Positions 25,247 through 39,150 of a DNA stretch of 64,000 nt are shown here, in pieces. Within the stretch, counting starts at the first letter, position 1, and the number at the start of each line of letters is the position of its first letter. The DNA is from Octopus vulgaris. Taxonomy: Eukaryota. Location of the stretch: NCBI GenBank assembly GCA_951406725.2, contig OX597818.1:41788001-41852000 (forward strand), given 5' to 3'. A model generated the notes under the pieces. The model saw only the letters and a program-made list of their open reading frames with translations, searched no databases and was not told the DNA's origin. Both the position numbers and the translations under genes were made by a program.

Positions 25247-25745
25247 CATCGTCATCATCATCATCGTTTAACGTCTGCTTTCCATGCTAGCATGGGTTGG
25301 ATGAATGACTGAGGGCTGGCGAACCAGATGGCTGCACCAGGCTTCAATCTTGATCTGGCAGAGTTTCTACAGCTGGATGCCCTTCCTAACGCCAACCTCT
25401 CAAAGAGTGTAGTGGGTGCTTTTACATGCCACCGGCACATGTGGTATGGGCAACAACCTCGCTCGAATCTTTTACACATGCCACCGGCACAGGTGCTAGT
25501 AAGGCGAAGCTGGTAACGATCATGCTCGTACGGTGTCTTTTATGTGCCACCGGCACGGAGGCCAGATAGCTGCTCCGGCAACAATCACGCTCGGATGGTG
25601 CTCTTTAAGGCAACGCTGGTAACGATCATGCTCGAACGGTGCCTTTTAAGTGCCACTGGCACGAAAGCCGGTTAGCTGCTCTGTCAATGGTCACACTCGT
25701 ATGGTGCTCTTTGCACCCTGCTAGCATGGACGCCAGTCATTGAAT
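25247..25745 (-). mobile_element. RTE-type 3' end with an expanded array of palindromic units
   Basis: (cat)n tail plus about five units built from tgccaccggcac and ggtaacgatcatgctcg motifs. Confidence 0.82.
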
Positions 25746-26169
25746 TTGATTTTGATAAATAATTATTGACTTGTCCAATAAATTCATTCATTTTTTTTTT
25801 TCTATTTGGCACTTCATTATCATATGTCTGAAAAGAGGCAAAATCTGTTCAAATTTAAAAAATAAAAAAACTGTTTAAGGAGAATAGAGCTATAAAAGAA
25901 AATCCATAGAGCACTGACAAAAATATTTTTCATGTTAATTTAATTAATACTGGAAAGAATTCAAATTAATGGGAAAAAATGAATGCAAAGGGTTATCACA
26001 TAACCCTTTGTATCATTATGATAGTGATTAATTACACCAAAATGGTATAAGTTATAAGATATTGTTTTTGAATGTCTGTCATTAGATAATGTAAACTAAA
26101 GATTAAATTAGAGCCATTTCATTGGGTGTGATATCTTTCTTTATGTGTGGTGTCCAGTATGTGATCATA

Positions 26170-27125
26170 GGTGTGGTGTCCAGAATGTAGGACATAGGTG
26201 AACATGTCCTGTCACGATTCTCTGTTCTTTGTTTTCTGTAACAGTTCCACTTCCTGATATTTAATACTTCTTTCTTCCAACCAATTTGTTGAGCTTAACA
26301 TCTATATCATTCTTCTTCTGCCTCTTCTCTCTTCAATCTTTCCAGTCATCGCTAAATCCTCCAGCCCTCTTACCTCATCATATAACCAAGAAATATCAGT
26401 TGCTTGACTCATATCCCAGGAAGCAGTTTCCTATTTACCACAGCCTGGGTCATCACTTCTTCATTAGACACTTTGTCTGTCCATGCTATCTTCAATATTC
26501 TCCTTCAGATCCACATTACACATCTCATTTCTGATGTTATAGACCATGCCTCACTTCCATACATTAACACAGAGTAGACACAGCAGTTCAATAAATGAAT
26601 CTTGGTCTTGATACTCAAGGTACAGTTTCTCAAGATGTTATACAATTTTGAGAATGCAGATTTTGCCAGCACTATTTGTCTTTTGACCTCCTTTGCACAT
26701 CTTGCATCTTCTGTGATCAATGGTCCAAAATAGATGATACTTGCTTAATGATTTGGTTGTTCACTTTCACCATGCACTTTGTGTTTTGTCTCCACCATAC
26801 ACTGTCTTCTTGCAATTTTTGAACAAACCCTTTCTCTTACTTCCTCTGACCACAACACCCAGAAATCTCTGAAGTTCCTTTTCCGATTCTCCAAGTAAAA
26901 CTGTGTCATCTGCATATCTTATGTTTGTGATGTTTCTGCCTCCTACCCTGAGACTTTTTTCATTCTCCAGTTCTTGTATGATCAATTTACTATAGTAATT
27001 AAAAAGATCTGGTGACATGACACATCCTTGTGTAACCCCTCTCCTGATGCTAGTGCATTCACTACATTCTCCACCCACCTTTATGCATGCTGATTGGTTC
27101 CAATACAGGTTCCTCAAAATTCAGA
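26170..27125 (-). mobile_element. Degraded RTE/BovB-like LINE RT fragment
   Basis: ORF 26767-27117 contains RRGVTQGCVMSPDLFN and IRYADDTVLL; the downstream fragment reads CVYSVLMYGSEAW. Confidence 0.9.
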
Positions 27126-27229
27126 GGCCAAAAAATGGGTTAATGACATTAAAGAATGCCAATTCTTTTTATTTTAATTGAATTAAATAATTAACATTTT
27201 GAATCAGGACTTTTGAAATCATCTCTTAT

Positions 27230-27264
<35 letters not shown>

Positions 27265-27696
27265 TACACCACACATCACATACACACATACTAAATACAA
27301 TTAAAATAACAATGAAATTTAGGATACTCTAGAAATGAGCAAAAGTGAACGACTCACAAATTTCAAATTCATCAATTTGTGACATAGTTAAAATAAGCAC
27401 ACACTCTTTGAAAATCAGAATTTCACTTGGTATATTGTTATCAAATTATAAATTAAAGAATTCTGTCTGTAAAAGATTGATTTTTAGTCATGAAGAGCTT
27501 TGTGCAAAAAGTGAAATGAAGATATGTGTGTGTTGTGTGGGTGTGCATGTGTAAATGTATGCATGGCTATGATTTCAGGTTCAGTCATAGTGTGTGATAC
27601 CGTGAGCAAGTGTCTACTTTTGCCTCAGGTTGACTAAAGCCTTGTGAGTAGATATGGTAGATGGAAGCTGAAAGAAGCAAGCTGTGTATGCAGATG

Positions 27697-27760
<64 letters not shown>

Positions 27761-29261
27761 TACATACATATCAGTAAATCATAAATTCATAAATCCGAAC
27801 AGCTATATATATATATATATATCTTAATATATATAACAGAGTTTGTGTGTGTGTGTATGTGTGTGCGTATGTTCCTTATGGATTCAAAAACTGAGTTGCT
27901 GATTTTGACATATGAGGTATCAAAACATTGAGTAATCTTTTGGCTACCAAATAAAGTATGTTTTTTGCACAGCTCTTTTTTACTACAAAAATTACCTCTA
28001 AAACTAGGTTGAGTTACACAATTTTGATGTCTTTAGCTAAGGGAGGCAACTCTGCTTGAACAGTCTTAGTTACCAGGGAATGAAACTTCAAAGAAGTTTA
28101 GTATATAATCTTTTAATGTGAAGTATGTTTGTCTGTGTTTTGTTTAGCCCAGAGTTGCCTTTGATGTAGCAGACCCATTGCATAGTTTTTTTTTTCTTCC
28201 TGAAATACTGTAAATTTATATCTTTCTTTTGATGAAGGGGTGTGTTTTAAGAGAGATTTGGCTGCTATTTGTAGTAGCTCAAGTTACCACAGACACACCT
28301 GTGTGTGTGTGTGCTTTGTTCTGGTGAAAAAAAAAATGTTTTCTCAGGATATTTTGCACAATAATTTTAAAAGAAATCTGAACATCTTTCTTACTGTTAA
28401 CGATTCAACTTCAAATTAATTGTTGGAAGTCAAGTAGACTGAGATGTACATATAGTGTTATCGTATAGAGTAGAACTTCAATACAAAGTTTTGAGCTCAT
28501 TCTCTTGTGGTTAGTAATCCATTACCTTAAATTTGAAGCCATTAAGTCTTTAAACATTACTTTACTGGGTTTAGTCTTTTGAATGTCCCCATGATCGGGT
28601 ATCATCTTCAAAGCTTTAATTGATCATACTCACCTCAGTACATATTTCAATCTGGCATTTATTTTATAGATCTCTGCTTGATGAACTGCTAACTTTGAGA
28701 CATAGTGGGACACAGTACATGATTTAACAGCAAATGTAAACACACATACACATTAGGTGCAAGACTGACTGTGTGGTTGAGAAGTTTGCTTCCCAACCAC
28801 ATGGTTCCATGTTCAGTCCCTCTGCATGGTACCTTGGGCAAATGTTTTCTACTATAGCCCTAGGCCAACCACGGACTTGTGACTGAATTTGGTAGACAGA
28901 AACTGTAGTGTTGTTAATCAGAAATTGACTGAAAAACATGTTTATAAAGAAGAGTTGCTTGCTTCATACTCCTTGTGTGCTGATTCTGGCCATAAGAAAG
29001 GTGCAAATAGCACAATGTGGCTGTAGGTCATAACACCCAGGCAATGCCAAGGTGCATTGCTAGTGTGTGTGCGTGTATATATATAATGGTATCTCCTGTC
29101 AAAGATGATGTATAAGTATTCAGCTCTTGCTGAATAACTTGCACAAATTACTTGTTTATAGTGATGAAATGTTTGTGCCTCACATTAGCTCATTTTCTCC
29201 ATCAAATTGATGTTGTCTGAACAGGTGCATGGTGTACCACATATCAGGTGTCAACGTGATC

Positions 29262-29610
29262 AACATATATATATACACATATATATGTATATGCATATGT
29301 ATATATATATATGTATATATATGTAAATATGCATGTAAGTATATGTATATATATATATATATATATGTGTATATGTATATCTATATATATGTATGTATAT
29401 GTATATATATATATGTATGTATATGTATATATGTATGTATATGTATATATATATGTATGTATATGTATATATATGTTTGTATATGTATATATGTATGTAT
29501 ATGTATATATATGTTTGTATATGTATATATCGTGTATATCTGTATGTATATGTATGCATATATATACATATGTATATATGCATATGTATGCATATGACTA
29601 TATATATATA
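29262..29610. repeat. (TA)n/(TATG)n degenerate microsatellite
   Basis: Seen directly. Confidence 0.95.
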
Positions 29611-30099
29611 TTGGTTTTGGTCATTGCACTGTGGTCATAATGGGTTACTGCCTCCAAAACTTTTATCAATCATACCTGCCGCAGTTCTTATTATAGTCTA
29701 GTATTTACTTTATTAATCTGTATTTCTTGAATTGCTGAGTTATCAGGCATAAAGTGACACACTGCATAAACAAGGCTGGCTTTTAAAGCAGAGCAGAGCT
29801 ATCATGAACAAAAATGTAATTGGACAAATGATGTGCATCTGAAGTCAAGCTGAAGCTGTAATAGAAGACACTCACCCATGATACCCTGTGATATTACATA
29901 AAATGTTAAATATTTGTAATATGTAGATTGGTAATCCCAGTTCTGTGGAGCTTTTAGATTTGATGCATATATAAATGGATTGGCCACTTGTTTCTCTAGG
30001 ATTAGTCAAGTGATGTAGGTACCTGATGAGACCACAGTAAGGGTTGAAAATTGATTGAGGTTTTTAATCGATTGGAAAATAGATAAATTTGGTATGTCT

Positions 30100-30257
30100 A
30101 GGAGTGGCTGTGTGGTAAGACACTTGCTTTCCAACCACATTGTTCTGGGTTCAGTCTCAAGGCATGGCACCTTGGATAAGTGTCTTCTACTAAAGTCTTG
30201 AGCTGATCAAAAAACCTTGTGTGAGGATTTGATTGATGGAAACTGAAAGAAGCCTGT

Positions 30258-30297
<40 letters not shown>

Positions 30298-30965
30298 TAC
30301 ACATGCACATATGTGTGTGTGTGTGTGTATTTGTATCTGTGTTTGTCTATCACCATCACTTGACAGCCAGTATTCATGTGTTTATATCCATGTAACTTAG
30401 CGGTCTAGCAAGAGAGACTGATAGAATAAGTACTAGGCTTTAAAAAAAATAAGTACTGGGGTCAATTCATTCGATTAAAAACTCCTCAAGGGGTGCCCCA
30501 GCATGGGCACAGTTTAATGACTAAAACAAGTAAAAGATAAAAGATATAATATATATAGGCACAGTAGTGGCTGTGTGGTAAGTACATTGTTTACCAACCA
30601 CATGGTTCCGGGTTCAGTCCAACTACATAGCACCTTGGACAAGTGTCTTCTACTATAGCTTCAGGCTGACCAAAGCCTTGTGAATGGATTTAGTAGATGG
30701 AAACTGAAAGAAGCCTGTTGTATATCTCTCTCTCTCTATATATATATATATGTATGTGTGAGTATATGTTTGTATTGTCTGTGTTTGTCCCCCAACATCA
30801 CTTGACAACCGATGCTGGTGTGTTTACGTCCCCGTCACTTAGCAGTTCGGCAAAAGAGACCGATAGGTTTACAAAGAATAAGTCCTGGGGTCGATTTCTT
30901 CGACTAAAGGCAATGCTCCAGCATGGCCACAGTCAAATGACTGAAACAAGTAAAAGAGTAAAAGA
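30100..30965 (+). mobile_element. Head-to-tail dimer of SINE family A
   Basis: Two full copies (~30100-30546 and ~30557-30965), each with head, central microsatellite and aagtaaaaga tail. Confidence 0.87.
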
Positions 30966-31652
30966 ACATATGTACATTGTGTGTGTGTGTGTGTGTATTA
31001 TTGTAATGACACTGATGCATAAGGATATGTTTGTCAAAAACATAAGAATAACTAGCAAGCATATATCAACACATAAAACCCTTAATTATACAACACTCAT
31101 ACTACAACTTCTTTCATATGGCAAGAGATCCATGAGGTTAGCAAGGCTCAATTCCTTGTTTGCATATTTCAGTTGTGAGAAGCCATTAATTTCATTCTAA
31201 AGTCCATATTCCTGATTGCAAGATTACATGTGTTACATAGAATTAAATGTTCTGACTATGCAGTGGCTTAAAACATGATTTTGAATTTACAATTAATGAA
31301 CTGATTGCATAAGAGTTTATCATTTCATCTTTCTGTCTAATCCAAACAAAATGATCACGCCATCAATCGCTTGTTTTTTCCCCCAAAACTCTCTTTATTG
31401 CACTGTGAGAAAACATTGCTATTCTTTATAGCCTCCATCATTGCCTCTGTGTAATCAAGAAAGCCTACACACACACACACACCACACCACACACACACCA
31501 CACCACACACACACACACACACACACATACTCTCTCTCTCGCTCTCTCTCATTCTCTCTCACACACATACATACACACACATGATACATATAAATGAAAT
31601 TTTTTGCAACTTGCTTCCAGTGTTATATTGATCTAAATACAGCATGCTGTAT

Positions 31653-31696
<44 letters not shown>

Positions 31697-32039
31697 TATA
31701 TATGCTCTAGTGTAGTATATCTGGCCATAAACTACATTATTGGGTTACAACCAAATGGTCTATCAGTTATTTTCATGCTATGCTGCTGCAAAACAGCAGA
31801 AATAACAATGAAAACAGACCATGTAAAAACAAAAAAAACATTGCACATTATGTAACTATATTTTAGGTTTCCCTTTCTGCTTTTGTCTTTTCATCATTTC
31901 ATTATGTGACAAAAGACCCCAGTATTAGTCAGATACATCTTCACTTGCTCAATTATTCCTAATTTTCCAATGGGTTAGTTTCTAAGCTTTATATACTCTT
32001 AGAACCCTTGAAAGTGAAAGTTTAACAACCATTTACACA

Positions 32040-32153
<114 letters not shown>

Positions 32154-32156
32154 TTA

Positions 32157-32495
32157 CCTTTTACTTGTTTCAGCCATCTTGAATGACTTAGTCAAATAAA
32201 TTGACACCCAGCACTTTTAGGCTTGGTTTTCATTTTGACTGTCTCTTTTTTTTCCTGAACTGCTAATTTATGGGAACGTAAACAAACCGACACCAGTTGT
32301 CAACTTGTTGTGGAGAACAAGTGCACACACACACATATTACTGGCTTCTTTCAGTTTCTGTGTACCAAATCCATCCACAAGTTTTTTGTTGAACCAGAAC
32401 TATAGTAGAAGACACTTGCCAAAGATGCTGTGCTGCGGAACTGAACCCAGAACCATGTGTTTGGGTAGCAAACTTCTTACTGCATGGCCATGCCT
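32157..32495 (-). mobile_element. SINE family A, degraded
   Basis: Reverse complement of the family A tail and head. Confidence 0.75.
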
Positions 32496-33247
32496 GAAAG
32501 AAAGTTAAAAAAAAAAAACAATTCTTTTAGTAAGAAATTTAATTAAATTTCACAGTTTTTTTCATGTGTGTTTGAACCCCACACATAACACAGCATTAAA
32601 ATACTTCACAGAAGTGATAATCTATAGACTTTCTTTCTTAGAAAAGGAGTTATATTTTTATCTTATTGCATCTTGGCATACAATCACATTCTTCAGTCGA
32701 ATTATCACTAATAATAGCAATCAAATCATTCAAAATCTTTCTTTTTTTTGTCATTTAACATCTACCGAAAATGCATTGATGTTGTTGGGTTCATAGCTCT
32801 TAGAATAATAATAATTTTCTCTTCCTTTGTTATTTGTTTATTACATTTTTTTTTATCGATTGTTTACCTGCTACTTAATCCACCTAGTCTTGCAGACTTA
32901 ATTTCCTATTGATGGTTCTTCTTCCCAGTTCTCATAAATGAATGCTAAAAAGAAGGTTGTTTATCTTTGTGTTAAGAATTTCTCCTCCTGGCACTCAAAA
33001 CAGAACATCATTTAACTACTTCAATATGATCTATTTATGATACTGAATAGGAGCAGATGTAATGCATTGTCTCAGATCACATGGTATGGTGTTGTTTGAC
33101 TAATATCAATGGAAAATTTAGCAATTAAAATTTTATTATTTTTTTTTAATGTTAGACACATTTTATTCCTATTTGACAAAAGTAGCTTAAGACATACATA
33201 CATAATATTTATATGTATAAATATATGGATCCAAATTTATATATATA

Positions 33248-33760
33248 TCTATATATATAAAACTGTAGTTGTGTGAGTGTCTGTCCCCTTCGATTTAGAT
33301 TCCTAACTACTCCCACATTTTGCGGTGCAGTTTAACCAAATTCGGGTATCTTATAGTCGTGATTCATATCGAGCCCGTCTGGGTATTAGCGCGCGTCTAC
33401 GATGAGTCTACGATTTTAAAAATAATTTAACATCATTTTTTATTCCATTTTAATGCATAATTTTTCGTGTGTCGATGGCGGCGGAGTTTGCGTCCACGCT
33501 CACATCTGCACCTGTTTGCTTCTCCCCCTTCTTCCCTCCCTCGTGAAGCTGTGGTGAAGGGAGTGTAAGGAAATCAACGTCGTAAAGCGTTGTCAAGGAG
33601 ACCAGCGTTCTTTTAGAACAACGACTTCATGGCTTGAAGACACCAAAACAGAAATGGCTAAGAAAGCCCGAATTGGCATCTATAAGGGAAGTAACTCTCT
33701 AAAAATGCTTATATAGTTATTTCCCTTACAAACCCGAGCAACGCCGGGCGATACTGCTAG
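33248..33760 (+). mobile_element. Non-autonomous Helitron, copy 2
   Basis: A|TC...CCCGAGCAACGCCGGG...CTAG|T, inserted in a TA run; first ~260 bp nearly identical to copy 1. Confidence 0.92.
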
Positions 33761-34131
33761 TATATATATATATATATTTATATATAATGGCGGTGCCCCA
33801 GCATGGCCACAGCTCATTAGCTGAAACTGGAAAAATCAAAAATCAAAATCATATATACATACAGAGAAAGAGAGAGAGAAAGAAATATGTGTCATCATTG
33901 TGATCATTGTTTTAGCATCCACCTGCCCATGTTACATGAATCAAACGGAAGTTGTTGAGGTGGGTTTTCCTACAGCTTGATACCCTTCCTGTCGCCAAAC
34001 CTTACCTGTTTCTAATTAAGGTAATATTTCCCTCTGTCCAGACAGGATTTTGCAGAATATTGGCAATGAATAGCATTCGTTTACAACAGTCATGCAATGT
34101 CAAGACAAGGGGACTTAGACATATACTTTAG

Positions 34132-34224
34132 CATACATACATACATACATACATACATACATACATACACACCACATACATACATACATACATACATACA
34201 TACATACATACATACATACATACA

Positions 34225-34258
<34 letters not shown>

Positions 34259-34290
34259 CATACATATATACATGCAAACATACATACATG
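34132..34290 (+). repeat. (CATA)n microsatellite
   Basis: Seen directly. Confidence 0.95.
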
Positions 34291-34517
34291 CATGCATGCT
34301 TTTATGTATATATCATCATCAACATTTGACTTCCGTTTTTCATGCTGGCATTTGGCAAGGGTTGGATGGTTTGACAGGATCCAGTTTCAGAAGGTTTTAT
34401 TGAATGCATGTTATATAACTTTAATGTCTACTTAATTATTCAGTGTTCCTTCTCATTAGGTACTTGCTACCTGTTACTTGTATGTGGGTACACATATATA
34501 CATATACATATACATAC

Positions 34518-34566
<49 letters not shown>

Positions 34567-35039
34567 TATATATACACACACACACACTACTTGTATATAT
34601 GTTATATGGCATGTGTGTATATTCTTCATGTATAAGTATATTGTGTTTGTGCCCCTGTCTAGCTTTATCTTATATATTGATGCCTGTAAGTGGAGGCATG
34701 TGAGTACAAGTTACAAGCAGCACTGTATCTGGTATGCCTTGTTATTTTCTTATCATTTTATCTTTCCCCTCTCCCCTCATCTCCTTTAAAGTAATTGACA
34801 CCCCATCTTGTTTCTGACTTACCCACTATGACACTATTTTTTCATCTTTATTACCATATAGTAAAGATGTTAATCACCTCAGAACTATCTAAAGCCACCC
34901 CATAAATCTATTTATACAGATAATCTGGCCTTCTTAAAACTATACTCCATTCAAGCTCACTGGAGTTATTTGTAGAGAAGGCATGGAATTGGTTATGTGA
35001 TCAATTCCTTTTTCCACTCTCCTTTCAACTATTGAAATC

Positions 35040-35455
35040 TTTTATCTTTTACTTGTTTCAGTTAGTAGACTGTGACCATGCTGGGGCATCACTTTTAAAA
35101 ATTTTTTGGTCAAATGAATTGACCACAGGACTTATTTAAAAAAAAATCCTGATACTTATTCTATTGATCTCTTTTGCTGCACTGCTAAGTTTACAGGGAC
35201 ATAAACACACCAACACCGGTTGTCAGGCAGTGGTGGGGGGACAAACACAGACACAAAGATATACACACACATGCACATGCACGCACACACACACACATAC
35301 GATAGGCTTCTTTCAATTTCCATCTACCAAATCCACTCACAAGGCTTGGTTGACTTGAGGCTATTGTAGAAAACCCTTGCCCAAGGTGCCACACAGTGGG
35401 ACTGAACCCAAGATCATGTGGTTGGGAAGCACACATCTTACCACACAGCCATGCA
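35040..35455 (-). mobile_element. SINE family A, near full length
   Basis: Reverse complement matches 43372-43790 throughout. Confidence 0.85.
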
Positions 35456-35618
35456 TGGCAAATTCATTATGGCAAAGAATTTCAAAGTGACTGGAAAAAA
35501 AACCTGATGGGAAAGAACACTAAATATATTTTGCACCTTAATGTTATGTATTAGGCATTTGGTGCACCAAAACTTTTGAAGCACATGCAATACATAACTA
35601 CCTATTCCATTCCTTTAA

Positions 35619-35837
35619 CCCTTTAGTGTTCAGATTATTCTATCAAACATAATGCTTATTGATTCACATTGATTTGAATTAATCATGCATTATCTCATAT
35701 CTTCAAGAGCTTAATGGTGTAATTACTTAATGTAGAATAACATTATAGGGTAGGTGTGAGGGCCTGGATCTGGTCAGTTTGAACATAAAACAGATTAGCT
35801 ATTTTGGCCGGATATGGCCGGTTTAAATACTAAAGGG
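35619..35837. mobile_element. piggyBac-type MITE
   Basis: TTAA|CCCTTTAGT...ACTAAAGGG|TTAA; a second copy lies in the opposite orientation at 48072-48282. Confidence 0.85.
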
Positions 35838-35914
35838 TTAATTTACAGATGTAATTATCCCATAGTTAGCAACTATTTGTTGCTAATGTATCAGAGTTGT
35901 ATATTAGCAGCCAT

Positions 35915-36121
35915 CTTATCTATCTATCTATCTGCCTTCCTGCCTGCCCGCCCGTCCATCCGTCCGTCCATCCATCCATCTGTCTGTCTGTCTATCTATC
36001 TACCTGTCTGTCTGTCTATCTATCTATCTAGCTATCTGTCTGTCTGTCTGTTTGTCTATCTATCTGTCTGTCTGTCTATCTGCCTGCCTGCCCGTCCGTC
36101 CGTCCGTCCGTCCGTCCATCC

Positions 36122-36158
<37 letters not shown>

Positions 36159-36340
36159 CCTGTCTGTCTGTCTATCTATCTATCTAGCTATCTGTCTGTC
36201 TGTTTGTTTGTCTATTTATCTGTCTGTCTGTCTCTCTATCTATCTAGCTATCTGCCTGTCTGTCTGTCCGTCCGTCTGTCTGTCCGTGTCTGTCCGTCCG
36301 TCTGTCTGTCTGTCTGTCCGTCCGTCTGTCTGTCTGTCTA
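35915..36340 (+). repeat. Compound TCTG/TCTA/TCCG tetranucleotide repeat with ~150-bp higher-order duplication
   Basis: The pattern tgcctgccc...tctacctgtc...tctagctatc occurs twice (from ~35940 and ~36081). Confidence 0.9.
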
Positions 36341-36343
36341 TTT

Positions 36344-36449
36344 ATATTTACCAGAAGCAACAGAGTAACTCAAGGTGGGGTGGAGAGTTTAGTGCATTAA
36401 CATGCAAAACTCTCTATTCTTGAGTCACTCTGTTGCTTCTGCTAAATAT
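36344..36449. other. 106-nt fold-back (palindromic MITE or hairpin RNA candidate)
   Basis: 31-nt arms with 2 mismatches, inner stems GAGAGTTT/AAACTCTC and TGCAT/ATGCA. Confidence 0.7.
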
Positions 36450-37659
36450 GTGTGTGTGTACATATGTATACAACAAACTTCTTTCAGTTTCCATCTACTA
36501 AATTCATTCACAAGGCTTTGAACAAGTCAGAGCTATAGTAGAAGACATTTGCCTAAGGTGCAATGCAGTGGGACTGAACCCAAAGCTATGTGATTGTGAG
36601 CCTGACTTATAAATTGTTGTTATGCAATCAGTTAATATGGGATGGATGCCTTTATCGGGTAAAATTATTGGCTGATTTGTGTAACAACAGAGACTCTGAT
36701 GAAAGGGTTAAAAGGTAGGTTTAAATGTAAAACAAAGGTCAAGGGTATTTGGTAAGTCAGTGAATTGGAATCTGAAGAGACTAACTGGTGCAGACACTTC
36801 AAGATAGCAATCACTCCAGCAGTGGCACTGTACATGAATTTTCCTGACTATTTAAAAGTATTGCATTAGTATTGAATTGTTAATGTAATACTTTTAAAAT
36901 AGCTGACAGTTTTTATATCAGTTGGCAGTTATTTACTGTTGCCGGTTGAGTATTATAACTGTATATTGTTAATTAGCAGTCAGGCTATTCAAGTGTTGAT
37001 AGCAACAGCAAAGGTTGTGGACCTATTTAGAATATAAAAATAAAAAGAGAAAGAAAATAGAAAGTTGTGAAAATAGTACAACTAACAAGTGTAGAGACAA
37101 AAAGCCAAGCAGAAACTTATTTGGTCAGCAGTCATTACATTCATACTTAAGGTGTCAATGTTGTTAAACTATCTGCTAAACTCATATAATCTTTTACTTT
37201 AAGCATTTGTTAAATGCAAAAGTAGTTTCACAATAGAAAGGAAACAACTGTAAAAGCATTTATTAGTGATCATGGTTTGGTTTTTTTCATTTAGATATTG
37301 TGAGTGAAAGAAGGAAACAATAGTGGTTTTATTTTCTGTTATCTTTTTTTTCTCTCTCTCATTGTGATAAAGTGAGTGTGGATAGTTATTTGTAAATTTA
37401 GATATTTGCATATTGTTGTTTATCACTCAACTGTGGAATTGGGTTTTGTTGTCAATCAGGCAATTTGAGACAAGTAGCATAATGTACTTATGCTTGTCTG
37501 CAATACATTGGCTATAACAAGATTTGAAAATATGATCATGTGATTGTTCATAAAGCAAATTAGATCAATTACATCAGGATATGTTTTAAGTAATAGAATA
37601 AATGTTTAAGCAATATAAAATAAATGTAAATATATTTACTGTGCAAATTTAAATAAATA

Positions 37660-38640
37660 AATAAAATAAAATTGTCAATGTTTTGGACACAGGCCCTTTT
37701 TCAAGATAGAGAAGAGATAGATACAAAAGCAAACTTTTTTGTGTTGTTGTGCAGGAGTCCAGGTCATAATGATTGAAGGAAGTGAGTAGATAGATATGTG
37801 GTTTCTGAATAGAGAAAAGTGGAGACGGTGAGAAGACAAACTCAGTTAGAAAGCTGTTCCCAAAATAGCCTAATGATAATGGACCATGATGTAAATGAAT
37901 CAAAAATAGAAAGGTGGTGGTGGGAGTTGCCTTCAAGGACAAAAGTAAGTGAACCACAGAATTATGGGGCCCCAAGTGTGATGGTTGTACATTAGGAATG
38001 TGCTCCTTGAAGCTGTACACCAAGTATCAAGCAGTTTAACCTACATACAAAGCATTACAGGACTAACATTTGATGCATTTTATAACATTACTGGAGACAT
38101 AAATGAAGTGGGAAGTAACTTAGATCATGCATTTAGAACTGCACAAAGTTGTGATGGTAAAAATGGAAGGGCAGATGTTGCAATGGCAGGTGGACTTTCG
38201 AAGTTAGGAATGGAGAAACTTCTGATCTGAAAGTCACATACATTATGACCATAAGAAAAGGAAAGGAATGTGGAGTTCAGAAAAGATGGGAGTGTAGTTG
38301 AGTCAGAATGTAGAAACTAGAATTTGCTAAGGATGACATGTCAGAGGAATGGGTGGAAGATGAGAAGGAAAGGAATGTGACTAATAGGTACAAAGAAGGA
38401 GGATGGAGCTAGAGTCAACAGCTTGGACTCTTTGACAGCATGCCATGAGTAGTTCTGTTGAGAGGAAAAGTGGAGCATTTGGAACCTTAGAGCTAATCTC
38501 AATTACACAAGTAGTGGTGATAGAGAACTTGTGAGTGGGAGAAAGCAGAAATTATGGTTGGAGCAAGAGTTAGCAGTTTTGGACAAGTGAGGTAGTCAAT
38601 GGAAATAAAGATGTCTAGGATGTTACAATTAAAGAATCTC
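37660..38640 (-). mobile_element. Degraded Penelope-like element (GIY-YIG endonuclease region)
   Basis: Minus strand ~38115-37985 reads SHFIYVSSNVIKCIKC*SCNALYVG*TA*YLVYSFKEH (cf. SSNVVYCIxCxxC...YIGET...FxEH). Boundaries approximate. Confidence 0.78.
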
Positions 38641-38864
38641 TTTATGTTAATGCTTTATGAATAGGTTTTAAAGATGGACTAAAATTAGGCCTGAAAGAAA
38701 GAACTAACATTCTTACCTATTTTTTTCATCTGCTGCATTTACTATTTTATGCTTAATTTTGAATTGAGAAAGCTGAGGTCTGACTTATAGACAGGGGAAA
38801 GCTAAGAGTTAGAGATGTGACTTATACGTAATTGTGACACAACACATAAGTATATACAGTCATG

Positions 38865-39053
38865 TATCTATCCGCTCAGTCGAAGTCGACTCTCGGTCAC
38901 TCATTGGATCAATGTCCTCCAGTCAGTTCTATCCTGGGCCGCTTCTTTCAGATTGGCTATGTCCATTCTGGTATCCCTCTTGATGGTGTCAAGCCAGCGG
39001 GTCCTTGGTCGGCCTCTTCCTCTCTTGCCACTGACCATTCCGAGCATGATGTC
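38865..39053 (-). mobile_element. RTE/BovB-like LINE 3' end, left arm of inverted pair
   Basis: DIMLGMVSGKRGRGRPRTRWLDTIKRD...DRTDWR, ending in a short gata tail. Confidence 0.9.
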
Positions 39054-39150
39054 ATCATTATTGACTGTAGCTCCATCTTCCTTCCTTGTACCCACTAGTT
39101 ACATTCCTTTTCTTCTCATCTTTCATCCATTCCTCTGGCATGTCATCCTT

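Noticed and set aside
25400-25745. CRISPR-like array of palindromic repeats with spacers
   Set aside because: Units are degenerate, the spacers are homologous to each other, the array is part of a dispersed retroposon 3' end, and there are no cas genes in this eukaryotic DNA.
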